The notes below the pieces were generated by a model. It was given only the letters and a program-made list of their open reading frames with translations. It was not told the origin of the DNA and searched no databases. From the NCBI RefSeq assembly GCF_963921235.1, contig NC_086097.1:67148001-67212000 (forward strand): 64,000 nt of DNA, in the 5' to 3' direction. How positions within the stretch are numbered: position 1 is the stretch's first letter; each line of letters begins with the position of its first letter. Source of the stretch: Mobula hypostoma. Lineage: Eukaryota. The position numbers and the translations under genes were made by a program. Of this stretch, positions 16,597 through 29,947 are shown one piece after another.

Positions 16597-17579
16597 GTAA
16601 GTAGCATTTTTATGTGATCCATTGAAATGTGAGGAGATGCTGAAGAAATGTACTGAATATTTAAAGTTTAGATTTTTGTTCATTTTCATTTCTTTGAATC
16701 CCTTCACTGTAGTTTAGTTATTTCTGTGGGGCAAGTAATTAGTGGAAAGATGTAAGCATGGACTACCACAAAATTCATGTTTGTTTGTGCATAATTGGTT
16801 AGAGATAACGTAACCTCCAATTTGTAGGGACAGATCACACTGCCCTCTGTTATTCGGTTCCCAGTGTCTTGTTCTTTCTGCTGCAGCTTTTCTGCAAGGT
16901 GAAGTAATCCATGTGCAGCAACTTGGCCAAAGATGGCAGAAGCTAAGGGCTTGCCTGTGGAATGTTTTATGACAACTTACGCTGTCTTATCAATTGTTAA
17001 TAATTACATTTTTAATACCCCAAATGCCTTGGCTTTTTAGTCGAGTGAATGGGGCTTTACTAGATGTGCCATTTCTAGCTGGTATGCTGAGGAGTCAAAT
17101 GGGAATCATTTCAGCTCATTAAGTTACAGAGTGCATCCAGACTTGGCCTCAAGCACATTCCTTATTTCCAGGCTGTAAAATGCAGATAGTGTAGTCTGCA
17201 TTTAGCAGGTAGCTGGTGATTTACTGGAAAAACTTCTGATTGGCTATTGATTTAACTTGGAATGATAGTCTGCAACCAGTCAATATAAAACTAGCAACAT
17301 TGTTGAATTAGTCAAAGAGAATATTTATGGTACTGGTTATTAGCCTCACGAACCTGAAATTCAATCCACTATTGGGGATGAGGCAGAGTTTATTGTAATT
17401 TTCTATGAAGGGTGTAAAAGATTGGGAAAGGGAATAGATTTGGATTGGTTTCAGGCATATGTGGTTTTGAAATTGTGCACCAAAACAGACTAAATGAGGA
17501 GTTTATGAAAACTAAATTTTCTGATCAGTTCATGAGAAATTTATCTTACTGTAGCACTGTACATGATTTTTCTTTCCAG

Positions 17580-17655
17580 ATGTGGCAGATGACAACAGTA
17601 GAATTAGTTCAATATTGTACTCTTTAGGAACTCAAGACTCAACAGATCTATGCAA
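17580..17655 (+). CDS. SNX6: SNX6 internal coding exon (BAR domain)
   Basis: tttccag|AT...AA|gtaaga; 76 nt; (N)VADDNSRISSILYSLGTQDSTDLC(K); phases fit both neighbours. Confidence 0.93.
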
Positions 17656-18599
17656 GTAAGATTTTTAAGATATTTTAATTTGTCCAAATACATTTTCACT
17701 TGAATTGTGAATTGGCATTTTCTGGATGGAACATTAAATCATCTAATCAGAGCATGTCTTGTTTGAATAGTTGAGACAATAGATAATATTGCTATAATTT
17801 TCTTCGGTTTTATTGACAAGAGTGAGGGAAAAATGTTAAGAATTGCAGTAGTTTTGTACGTATACCTGGAAGTCCACTTTAATGATAGATGTCCTCCACA
17901 ACAAAATATGTTAACTTGAGTGAAGTGCAGCCATTTATATTGATCCATGGTAATCATTCCAGAAAGGGTGAGTAGTTTTGGAGGAAATGGAAGGAATGGG
18001 GTTAGAGGATCGTATTAAAATAAACACAACATTTAAAATTGCAGATGTGTAGTGAGCATTTAAAAGGAACTTCTGTAAGACTAGTTGACTGTATCCTTAA
18101 TATTCTTCAGTCCTTTCTGCATTGATTCAGTAATATCTGCCAGACTTGCATGTTGTTCTGTTTGGTACATTTTCATACTTGTTAATTCATTTTTGGGGTT
18201 TCATGGGTATTGGCGTCAATTTCATGATTTATTGGCTGTTCACCACCTTGATTTGCTGCAGTCCTCCTTGAGTGTGGATTTCTCAAATCCAGTAACAGAG
18301 GATATTGATACGTCTATTTCCAAGTCAAAACAATGTATGTTATGAGGAGGAATTTGGAACTAATGGTCTTCCTTTCTGTCTCTTACCATCATTGCGAGCT
18401 CAGGAGACTTTGGAGTAGTCCTGTTAATCCCTACTTTATTTCAGCTGCAATCTTGGTTGTTTGGGTTGCAGGTGGATTTTGCAGCACCAGAGATCTTGCG
18501 CTTGCTGTGATTGGTGGCAAATGCTGAGCAAAGAGCAGGGGTGAATTCATTGAAGACTAGGAGCTGGGCCATATCCAATAGAGTGGATGCATCAAGGAC

Positions 18600-19900
18600 C
18601 TCCTTAACAATAGCACTGACCTTGACATAACTGGCTGTAGTTCTGTCTCACAGCAGTCTATTCAGCCAGCCTTGTTACCATTTCGGAGCAAAAAGAAGTC
18701 AAGAAGCCTATGTCCCAAGGCCTCTGGACTATGTAATATCTCCACTTTGAAACTTGAAACTCACTGGTGAAGTTCTTAAATCACCAATCCACAACCTTAT
18801 CTGGGAAGGGGAGGATATTCTGGTGGACATTAGGGATGCTGTAATCGTGACCATCTTAAAGACTGGAAACAACTCTGACATTGGTCAACCACCAGGGGCT
18901 TTCCTTGTTGTCTGCCAAAGGGAAAGCTACTACAGGGCTGCTGCTTGACTTGTTTCATTTTTCCCAAAACTATTCTCAATTTTTTTTCTTGCTGTAATGT
19001 TGCATCTCATCTTTATTAAATTTTGCATGTAAAAGAAGGTAATCATCAGAATAATAGGAAGCTGTTCATCTTATAACAGATTTCTACCAGACCATTTTAT
19101 CCAGTCTCCAGCAGCTGAGCTACATTGTCATTTGTGCAGTTCAGAGGCCAAGCTTCAAGCCATTGTTAACAACTTCCTGAAACATTTGAGACACTGGGCT
19201 TCGCATTCAGCATCTGAAAGACAGGTCCTCTATCAATCTTCTGCTATAACACACAGTCCTCTGATAACAATTCAAAGCACAATCCTGGAGAAAAATTGGA
19301 TAACATCTTAGTTCTCTGGAGCCAACTCTTGGGTAAAGGCAGATGTCAATGACCTTCACCACCACTTTTGGTGAGACAGCACAAACTTTTTATTAATGTT
19401 TGTTTTTCAAAAACCAAGCAGCTATGATCTTAACACTTTATATGCTTCTGATGCCTGGACTACCTTCAGCAGGCACCTCAGGACAATGGAAAGTGCTTGT
19501 GTCTGCATAAATCATCAATATACTGGAAGGATAAGCAAATCAGCAGTAGGGTCCTTTCCCAGGCCAACCTCAGATGCTCCGTTCTGAGTTTTGTTCAAGG
19601 AAGACTCAAACTGGACAGAGGAAGATTTAAGGATGTGCTTGGTGTCGTAGAGAAATATAAGATTTGAACAGGTTCCTGGGAATCTGACCCATGGTCACTC
19701 AAAAAAGAAATGGTTTTAGGTCACGATACTTTGGGAGCACACAGAAGTTTTGACATGAGCAGCAATTTTGCACATCACAAACTACCCACTTGCCTGCTTT
19801 CGCCACTTTCCCCATCCGTGGAAGAGTCTGTAGTTTCTACTTTGGCCTACTTTGATGCCTCAGAACCCATAAAGCTGGAGTTGCAGTAATTCATCTTTGA
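18600..19900 (+). mobile_element. Old RTE-like LINE remnant
   Basis: IWEGEDILVDIRDAVIVTILKTG resembles the region before the RTE RT domain; LYASDAWTTFSRHLR resembles the RTE C-terminus; boundaries approximate. Confidence 0.55.
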
Positions 19901-20219
19901 GCCCAAGGGACTACTCGCCTAAATGTAGGTACATTTTGTCAGTGATACATGCTGCAGATCAGGGCCCCAGCTGGCAGAGGAAATGAGTGTTTCTGGTATT
20001 GAAAGGGCTACTAGTGACATGCTGTTCTGGACACTGTTGTACCAGACTGGTATCTCACTTGCACTCATTCATATGAGTGCTTAGTATTTCATCATGTTCC
20101 TGACCTGTGCTTCGTAAGTTCTGGGAAGGATTTGGGGTGTCAGTTGCTGCAGGGATACTGTTCTTGCTCAACAGTGTTTATGTGGCTGATCCGTTTTGGC
20201 TAATAGTGAATTAACTCAT

Positions 20220-20556
20220 CTTGCATAAAGGGGCAAAAAAGATCATCCTCCATTGCATTCAAGAAGAATTTCAGGAGTTCATATTGTCTGCAAAGGGTGG
20301 AAAAGATTGGGAGAACTTCAGAAGTCAACAACGGAGGATTAAAGCTTCAGTAAAGAAAGGTAAAGCAGAATTTGACAACAAGCTCCTGAGAAACCCAATG
20401 TAACTACGCCCACAGGAGGTGAGAGGAATTACTGAAGAATAAGGAAGTGACGTAAATTAAACATTGTTCGAAATGTACTAGCACAGGTAGAAAATCGTGT
20501 GATGAACAAAAACAATTTATAAATGGGTAGTTTTGAGATTGGCAGGGAGTGACTAG
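20220..20556 (+). mobile_element. CR1 remnant, 5' part (host of the Gypsy insertion)
   Basis: DWENFRSQQRRIK matches DWEKFRVQQRRTK of the young CR1; ends tggcagggagtgactag (WQ.VTS). Confidence 0.7.
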
Positions 20557-23500
20557 TATTCACTTGCTTATAACTACTGATGAAACCCAAAGCCAGACAA
20601 TAGAACAAGCTGGAATTCAAAATAACCCTTTATTCAGTAAACTACACTAGTCTCAAAACTCAACTGAAACTTGCACAGCCAGTTAAATGGTTTGTCCCAG
20701 AACAAATCAGTCCTTGATTGGGACATCAACCAATTAGTGCAAGTCAGCGAACTTACTGAGCCGTCAGGAGCACATGGCCGCAACTGGTTGACGTGGTGAC
20801 GCCAGCGATGTTTTGTAAAACACTTCCCCATTCATTTGGCAACCTGACCTGGTACCCAGGCGTCCTGCCCATTATGATACCGTCTGGCCCACACTGCAGC
20901 TCCAGGCCTAAATGATTTCACCGTTGCCCTCTTGATTTCCAAAACAACCATTTGAAGGTATTTACAACTCTCTCTGCTTGGCTGTAGGACTGTGGATGAT
21001 ATGGGGGTGAGCAGATGTGGATAATTCCACTGTTCTGGCAGAATGCAGCAAACTACTGTGAACTGAATTGTGTGCTGTTGTCAGAAACGAGTGTTTATGG
21101 AATTCCAAAGTGAGTGAAGATCTGCAGCAGCTGTTGAAAGGTAGACTTTGTCGTTGTGGACTTTATGGGCAATACTTCTGGCCATTTGGAATAAGTGTCA
21201 ACTAGGACACTGGTTTATTGGACACTGTTGATTGGGCCAGCAAAGTCAATATGTACTCAACTCTTAAGGTCCGGTAGCCTGAGGCTATGATTGTGGATCA
21301 GCTCTCCTTGGATTCTTTGCTGCCATAGAGCACTGTTTGCACGTGGATGTGATATCTTCATTTGTATCTGGCCTGTACACAAAAGCTTCCTGCCAGGGTT
21401 TTCATTCGTCTACAGTTGAGAGCGATGTATGATGTCAATAGAAGAGTTCGACTTCTTCCTCAACATTAACTGGGCATCCATCAATGAGGTCATTGGAGGT
21501 GCACTGAGGAGGATCTGTAGCTGTTTCTGCTCTGATCTTGACCATGACTGGAAGACCTTCAGCAGCATACAGTACAACCTGGTGGGCTCACAATTAATTG
21601 AAGTTGCAGTCACAACTGCATCTTCATTATGTGGTTCATAAGTCTGGACAGGACATCTGCCAGACCAAGTTTCTGGATTGTTTATTCGATTTCAAAATCA
21701 TAGGCTAATAACATTGTTGCCCACCTTTGTAGACAGTTAGCTAAATACATTGGGATGTCGTTTTTAGACCTGAAGATGGACAGTGGTGGTTTGTGATCAG
21801 TAAGGAGAGTTGAACATCAGCCATAAAGCATCTTGTGAAATTTCTTCACAGCAAAGATGAATCCCAAGGCTTCTTTCTCAATTTGTCTGTAGTTCTTTCT
21901 GCTGCAACCATCAAGGACAATGTGGGAGAGATTAGCTCCAACTCTTATTGTTGGACACATTTATTGTGTCGATGACTGGCAGCTGTTGAAATGAATCGAG
22001 AAGGTCGGATGACAGGATATTCTTCACAAAAGCTTCTAGGCATTGTTTGGACCATTTCCATGTGGCACCATTGTTGAGTAAGGTATTCAGTGGTTCCCTC
22101 AGCTTATGCATTGCTAGGAGAAATGCTGAATAATGACTGATCATGCCAAAAAATTATCATGAAGTGCTGACATCTGATGATGGAGGAATCTTTAAAATAG
22201 CAGTGATACTTTTGGGATTTGCATGATGACTATGCTATATATGATATTTGAAAGAAGACATCATGAAGCTGCATTTTTCTGGCCCGAAGTCATAATCCAA
22301 AGTCTTGTAGTTTGTTCAAAACTTGGTCCAGGCATTGGCATAGTTCTGTCTATTTTGTGCCCATCACAGTGATCTCTTTGAGGTAAGCAGCAGCACCATC
22401 AATGCCACTCGGCATGATATCCATAAACTGCTGGAAAATTGAAGGAGATGCCTTTACCCCGAAAGGCAGATGGAGGAAGGAAAACAACCCCTTGTGTGTT
22501 ATAATCATGGAAGCTTCTGTGAATTTTCCACCACTTCTATCAGGCTTCAGTCCATCTTTGCAAATTAGCAACCACTGTTTAATTTGTGAAAAGATCTGGT
22601 ACTAGTAATGGGTACTAGTGTGTCCCCCAGAGCTGCACTGAGACCAGCTGGGAAGTCTGCGCACAACCTCATTGTACCGTGGCTTTCCTGATGACAACAA
22701 TAGAAGCTGTCAACTTCAGTGGTTGCCAGCTTTGATCACACCAGCTTGTTATAGATGATCTAGCTCTTGGTCCATGATTGGTAAGGCTGCATATGGTGCT
22801 GGACTTTTGGGACAGAAGATTGGTTTTGTGTCTGGGTGGAGATGGAGTTCTATTTGCAGTTTGGTACTGCAACCTAAATCTTTTTGAAACACTGCTGTAT
22901 AGCATTGTTGTTGTATGGCCTCGTATATTGATGGTGGTATGGTGTTGACTGACATGATTTGAACGGTCAATGTCTTCAGACGTCATCCCTCTGGACCTCA
23001 TCCAGAGGGATGATCCAGAGATTAAGCTTGTCCACCCAGTCTATTCCAAGGACATTAAGATCCGGTTCGCCTGTTGAGTAACATACCATTAACTTGATTA
23101 CCGTTCAGCTTCACCATGCAGTGCAGTTCACTTGTCATCTGGAGGGTTCTGCTCAATGCAGTGCAGTTGGAGTGATGAGTTGACTTGACTGGTGGGGACC
23201 AAAGTTCCCACCACATGAGTTTGGAGATGATTGTGATGTCTGGCATAGTGTTGAGTTGTAGCTTGACCAACTGATTGTTGATAAATATATTGATGTACCA
23301 TCTCCTTGGGGTGAAGTCCACTTTGAACATTACCATTAAATTCCTTGTGGATTTTTTTTTTAAAAAGCATCTTTGCCCTTGTGTTCCATTGACCTTAAAC
23401 ATTGCAAAGAATGGCAAAAGCCTTCTTTGTGACTACAGTGATCATACTTGCTGCAAATGTTGTTCTTCTACTGGCAGTTTCTGCTATAAATTTCACACAC

Positions 23501-24540
23501 TAGTTTCAACAAGCTGTGTTTGGCTGCTTGGAGACCTACTGAGTGATAATGTCTGGGCCATTGGACACTGCATTAACCTTGGTCTGTTCAGTCAGGTTGG
23601 AATTGTGTTTCAGGTTGATCAAACACTGACAGCTTGTAGAGTCACATCAGGGTCTTGCTCCAGTCTGGCCAGGAGTCATTTGTGAAAATCTATATTACCA
23701 GGTGCCTGAAGTCCACAAATAAAAATCAGACGTTTGAACTGTGATTTTAGTTATGTTGCCCAGCTTGAACTTTTCACATTCACAGTTGACAATACTGGCA
23801 TATGTGATAGTTATTGGTGTTTTTTTTTAAACAAGTTTTGGGCAATAGTAGCAAACACTGAAGAGAGATGACTGTTTTCCAAAAATTCTTGTTGGCTTTG
23901 GACAGTTTAATCAAATGATAGGTAGCATGGGTTCTTAAGCAGAATAAAATTGAAATAGTGTTCATATTCAGCAGTACTTAATTTTTGGAGCAAAGTGCGT
24001 GTGTTCCAGGAGTAGTCTTTATTGGCAAACTCGTAAATACATCTTCGTAGTGCTTGAACCATGATCAAACATAACTCAAAGCAGCAACAAACTGGAAATG
24101 GATGCAACAACTGACCCACATGAGTTCTCTTCAGTGTTTGACTCACTGATAACCTGCTAGTTAACGTTTCGATTAACTTCAGCTGTGCCACCTCAATTTG
24201 AGCTTGCTGCTGTTGTAGAATTGTGCACAAGTCTTCTGCTGAAATTGCTATGTTGCTATAATACAGTACCTCTTCGCTAATTTGTGTTCACTTGCCTATA
24301 ACTACTGATGAGACACGAAGCCAGATAATAGAACACTCTGGAATTTGAACTAACCCTTTATTCGGTAAAAGTAAACCAGTCTCAACACTCTATTCAAACT
24401 CGTACTCCCCAGTGCGACTATTTAAATCTGTCTGTCTGTATCTTGTTTTACGGCGGTTGGCATCCAACTTAATGGTGCATTACCGCCACCCTCTGCTCCA
24501 GAATGTGCACTAGACATACATTCTAAATCCCTTCACACAA

Positions 24541-24576
24541 TCGCGCGCGTGCGCGCGCACACACACACACACATAG

Positions 24577-24631
<55 letters not shown>

Positions 24632-24632
24632 T
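24541..24632. repeat. Compound dinucleotide microsatellite (CG/CA/TA/TG/TA) in the Nimb 3' UTR
   Basis: Directly visible repeat runs. Confidence 0.95.
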
Positions 24633-24695
24633 TACATACATACAAACCTACACTTCACCCTCCCATCTTTGACCATCCTAGTATCCTATTCCTAT

Positions 24696-27600
24696 TTATT
24701 CATCATATTCTATAAAAAAAACCCTGTACCCCTTAAAAACACTAAAAATACCCGGACGTGCTCTCTCACCCATGCCCAGCAACCCTTTTAATGTGAATTC
24801 CTGCATCCCCAACTCCCGTAATTTATTTCTCATCATCTCTCTCTGTATTCCATACTTTCTGCAACTCAGAACTACATGTTCTACTGACTCCTCTTCCTGA
24901 CATTCCTCACACAATCCTGTCTGGTGTTTCCCTATCATTTTCAATGTTTTGTTTAATTCACAATGCCCCAGCCTTAACCTAGTCCACACAATTTCCTCTC
25001 TTCTGTTTCCATTACCTACCCTAGTAACTGCAACACTTTTTTGTATTTGATATAAATGCCTCCCTGTCCCATCTTTCTTGCCACATTTGGTTGACTTTTT
25101 CCCAGATTACACACTTAACCTCTACTTTACTGATACTAATGTGCATTTCCACATTTTCTTTCTTTAACGCCCTCTTTGCCAACTCATCCACCCTCTCATT
25201 CCCCTTCACCCCTACATGTGTTGGAACCCATAGAAATTTAACCTGACCTCCCTGATTTGCAATTCTTTTAACTAACTGAAGGACTTCATAAAGTACATCT
25301 TGCCGACTGTTTGTGTGAAAAGACCTTAAACTTGCTAGAACTGAGGATGAATCTGAACATATCAATGCTTTGGCTTGGCTGGCTTTCTGCACCCATTGCA
25401 ACGCAACCAACACTGCCAGCATCTCCACTGTAAACACCCCTAACTTATTAGATGTTTTGCTGGTATTACCACCCCAAACCCTGTCACTCCTGTTTCAGGT
25501 TCCTTTGCACCATCTGTATAAATGTGAGTATAATCACTATACTTTTCCATCACATGACAGTTAAATGCATTTACCAAATATGTTTTATATCTTTCTTTCC
25601 TTTTTACCTCTAACAAATGCCAGTCTATGTCAGGCCATACAAGCTTCCATGGAGCTACAACCGGATAAACTACTGAAGGACTTATCCTCAGATCAAACAC
25701 TCCACATTCTTTCGCGATATCATTCCCTACCCGACTAAAGGTATCCCTCTGAAACCTCCCATTTTCCCAGCACTCCTGCAACACTCCTTTAGCAGGGTGA
25801 GAATCATTGTGCCCCTGCAAGTTAGCCCAGTAGTTTGTCATTAGTTGTATCCTTCTTAGTTCCAAAGGCATTATTCCCATTTCTACCTGTAGTGCTGACA
25901 CTGGTGACGTTTTAAAAGCCCCACTGCACACTCTCAAGGCCTGAGCCTGAATCACATCCAGTTTCCTTATAAGAGACCTAGCTGCTGATCCATATACTAT
26001 ATTTCCATAATCCAATACAGATCTTACTAAAGCCACATACATTTTCTTCAAAGTTGAACAACTTGCTCCCCATTCCCTACCAGTCAAACATCTCATCACA
26101 TTTATTACTTTTTTAATTTCTCCTCAACTTTCCTGATATGGTCTGCCCATGTTAATCATGAATCAAATACAACTCCCAGAAATTTAAATGATGCAACCCT
26201 TTCTAATTCAACCCCATACATCCTTAACTTCTTCCCTACCTCAACCCTTTTCCTGGTTAAAAAAAAATACAGTTTGAGTTTTATCTACTGAAAACCTACA
26301 TCCCCAATCATAACCCCACTCCACCACTTCATCAATTGCTTCTTGTAGTTTCCTGATTATATAGTCCATGTTCCTGCCTCTTTTCCACAAGGCCCCATCA
26401 TCCGCAAACAGTGACCTATCTATATCCACTGGTACCTTTGTGAAGACATTGATCATAATGATGAAAAGTAACGGGCTAATCACACTACCTTGAGGTGTGC
26501 CATTTTCCACTATGTACTATTTTGATAATTCTGATCCAATCCGAACTTGAATTTATCTACCAAACAAAAAATCTTTAATCCAATTAAAAACTCTCCCACT
26601 AACCCCCATCTTGTGCAGTTTAATTAATAATCCTTCCTTCCACATCATATCATAGGCTTTTTCAATGTCAAAGAACACTGCCACTACTGACTCTTTATTT
26701 GCCTGGGCCTTCCTTATTTCAGTCTCTAACATAATCACTGAGTCCATGGAATTCCTTCCCTTTCTAAAACCACTCTGATAACTTGCCAGCATTCCCCTTT
26801 TCTCAAGCTCATATGATAACCTTTCTGTTATCATCCTTTCCATTATCTTACATATACTTGATGTTAATGCAATTGGTCTGTAGCTAGTGGGTTTTAACAG
26901 ATCCTTGCCAGACTTCCTCATTAGAATTACTACTGCTTCTTTCCATGCACTTGGTAATCTTCCCTCCTCCCACACTCTGTTATAAAAATGCAGCAACTTC
27001 AAGAGCGCTCCTTCTCCTAGATTTTTTAGCATCACAGAGCATATCAGATCTTTCCCTGGGGAGGTTGGTCTCGATCTCTTTATTGCTCTCACCATTTCTG
27101 CTAATGTAAATTGATCATCAATTATATCATCTGTTCCTTCCCTCCTGCTTAACACACCTGGGTGTTGGCTCATTATTCTTTCCCTCCTTCTTCTCCCTTC
27201 TTCAGACAAATTTTCTGAACTGTGTATCAGTACAAATGACTTGGCCATAACCTCAGCCTTATCCCTACTGGAGACTGCAGTTTCCTCCTCAGATATCATT
27301 ACTGAATATTCCCATTCCCTTCTATCTCCTCCCATCCTCTTAATCATTCCCCATATCTCTCCCACAGGTGTTGTTCTTCCTACCTTGTCGCAAAAACTCC
27401 TCCAACTTGCCATTTTAGCTTGACGTATAGTTCTTCTCACCACTGCCTGTGCTTTCTTATATTGAACCAAATGCTGCATATTATGGGTTCTTTTAACTAG
27501 CCTGAATGCTCTATTTCTGTTTTTTACAGCCTGACAACATTCCTCTGTCCGCCATGGTACCAGTTTTCTATTCATCCTATTTTTACTTCTAGGTATAGAT

Positions 27601-28422
27601 TCTTCTGCTGCCATGATAATTGCTGAAGTCACCTGACTGTTTAATTCATCTACATATCCAGAAATATCAATCTTTGTCAACCCTTCTTCACTCAACTTCT
27701 GGAACTTACCCCAATCAGCTTTTTCAAACACCCACTTTGGGGTTCTGCCACCTGGTCTTACTTCAACTCTTGCACCCACTGAACACAAAACTGGGTAGTG
27801 ATCACTGCCTACTGTTGAAGCAGTCCAAACTCCCCAGTTACTAATGCCAGCCAAGGTATTAGACACTAACGTAATATCTAACACTGACTCAGTTCCTGTT
27901 GTTATATCTATCCTTGTGCCACTACCATCATTCATACACACCAAATCCCTTTCTTCCATCAAATCTTCAATTACCTTCCCATTTGGATCTGTAATCTGAT
28001 CCCCCCATATTGTGCTATGAGCATTGAAATCTGCACACCACACTACTTTGTCTGTTTTGTCCTTGTATCTTTAATAGGCTGTCCAATTCCAACCTTTTAC
28101 ACGGATTGTAGTAGTTAATTATAACCACTCCCTCCCCGCTCTCCCACACTTCCACCACTATGTATTCCTGATCATCTCCTTTTTCCAGCACCCTATATGG
28201 TATACCTTGCTTGATTAACATAGCACAACCCCCTCCTCCCCCTAGATTTCTATCTTTCCTTATCATTGTATACCCATATACCACAAAGTCTAAAGTTAGT
28301 TTCAACCAAGTTTCCTGAATACACTCTACATCTGGTTTTACAACCATTTCTTTAATAAAGTGCTTGAATTCCTGGCCATTGGCCAGTAAGCTCCTTGCAT
28401 TCCATTGTAAAAGAATCACCAT
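24696..28422 (-). pseudogene. Nimb-like ORF2 (APE-RT-RNase H-zinc finger), several frameshifts
   Basis: LQWNARSL, IQETWL, DFNAH, SDHYP (APE); YRPIALTS, FFDIEKAYD, GTPQGSVISP, LFADD (RT); IYTDGAK, ICSDS, WVPTHVGVKGNERVDELAK (RNase H); RLRLGH..CEECQEEESVEHVVLSC. Confidence 0.92.
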
Positions 28423-28439
28423 AATTAGTATTAACCAAC

Positions 28440-29660
28440 TCATGACACTTCCTGGGTTGACTGATTAGTGAGGTTCACCCTCACTTCCTCCCATGTCAGT
28501 CCTACTAACCCTAAATGGTTTACTGCTGCTTTTACCACCAGCTGAATTTTGTCACTTTTTGACTTTACCTCAGCCGTACTATTAATCACTCCTGCAATGA
28601 ATGTTACTAGAGCCTTTTTGTCTACATAAATCCTGTCATTTGTTCTTTGTTGCATCTCTCGTATCCCTATTGCTCCCTGTTCATTAGGAGCATTATTCTG
28701 TTCTCTTGACATTCTTACAGCTTCTGCATAAATGATCTTTCTTTTCACTCTTATTTCTTGAATTTTAGTCTCCCGTCTGATAACCTCACCCACTATATGC
28801 GACATTATAAGCTCCTCCACAATTGCAGCATTTTGGTTGAACACTGTTCCGCACTTTCCATATTCATGATCACCCCCACATCTAGCACATCTCCTCTGCC
28901 TTTTACAGTTTTTAGCCACGTGTCCAAACCTTTGACAATTATAGCACCTCAGTGGTTTTGGCACATACACCCTTACTGGGTAACTCATGAAACCCAGGAA
29001 CACCTTCCTTGGCACTCTTTCTTCTTCAAATTCAATCAATACTGATTCACTTTCCTTTTTCACTCCCTCCTTTGTTGTTTTCAGTCTTTGAACATTCATT
29101 ACTTTCCCTCCTTTAATATTCCTCTTTATCTCCTCCATATTTATACTCATTGGTATCCCCGTGATCACTCCTTTACAACCACTGTTTTGTGCTCCCACCC
29201 TCCCAGTGTATTCCACCTTGCATTTTCCTATCTCTTTTAGCTTGAGTGCTTTCTCAAGTTGTTCCTCATTCGCACATCTTACCAATAAATTGCTATCATT
29301 AAGAACTTTTGCAAATACTATTTCCCCTATCTTATTTGTCAGAGTTGTTGTTAGCACAAACGGGTTAATTTTCTTCATATGTCCCTGAGCCTTCTCATTA
29401 AACCTAATTATGACAACACCTCCTCTCTGAGCTTGTTCATCTTCCTCACTTTCAGAGCTTTCTCCACTATCATTTCTTATTCTTTTATTCCCTTAGTCTT
29501 GGTTTTTATTCATCCGACCCCTCACTACCTCCTCATTCCCTTTATTTCTCCCTTCACAATAATCCACCTCTCCCCAGCTGCCTACCTCTGGTCCCAAGTC
29601 TCTATCCCTCTCCTTCTCCACTTTCTTTCCCTCAACCCCACCTCTTATCTTGTCCGCCAT
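28440..29660 (-). pseudogene. Nimb-like ORF1 (gag-like zinc-knuckle protein), frameshifted
   Basis: PLRCYNCQRFGHVAKNC and CARCGGDHEYGKC in ORF 28440-29378; probable N-terminus MADKIRGG in another frame at ~29660. Confidence 0.85.
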
Positions 29661-29947
29661 TACCGGACCCACACAACCCTCTCCCAGCAATTTCCATTCC
29701 TTCCCCACTCTCTTTCCCTCAACAGGTTCCAAACCACATTCACGCATCAAGCAAAACACAGCCAGCTTCCAGTCCAGTAGCCTTCAGCTCCTATTCACTG
29801 CCCACACTCTCGGGACTCCACAGCGACTATTTAATTGACTTGCCCCAGAGCAGTTGAGTCCTTGATTGGGGCAATGACCAGTGAAAGTCAGCCTGGGATT
29901 GGTTTCAGCTGACCACTAGGTGCTGATTGTTTTGGCTTGCTGTACTA

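Larger units (their letters stand above)
24426..29822 (-). mobile_element. Full-length Nimb/I-group non-LTR retrotransposon with RNase H
   Basis: 12-bp TSD GCGACTATTTAA at 24414-24425 and 29823-29834; ORF1 with CCHC knuckles; ORF2 with APE, RT and RNase H; (AGAC)n tail; 3' UTR motif GGTGGCGGTAATGCACC...GGATGCCAACCGCC. Confidence 0.92.
20557..29947 (-). mobile_element. Degenerate Gypsy/Ty3 LTR retrotransposon with a partial 3' LTR and an interrupted 5' LTR
   Basis: Direct repeat ttcacttgc.tataactactgatga...ccagtctca at ~20557-20660 and ~24283-24390; PBS-like TAGCGAAGAGG on the minus strand next to the LTR; gag, protease and RT fragments (LPFGVKASPSIFQQFMD, AAAYL); RNase H/integrase remnants (WRHHVNQLR); candidate ACTAG target duplication. 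Confidence 0.85.

Noticed and set aside
24549..24791. Low-complexity ORF (HTHT/CVCV/YIYI)
   Set aside because: Translation of a microsatellite.
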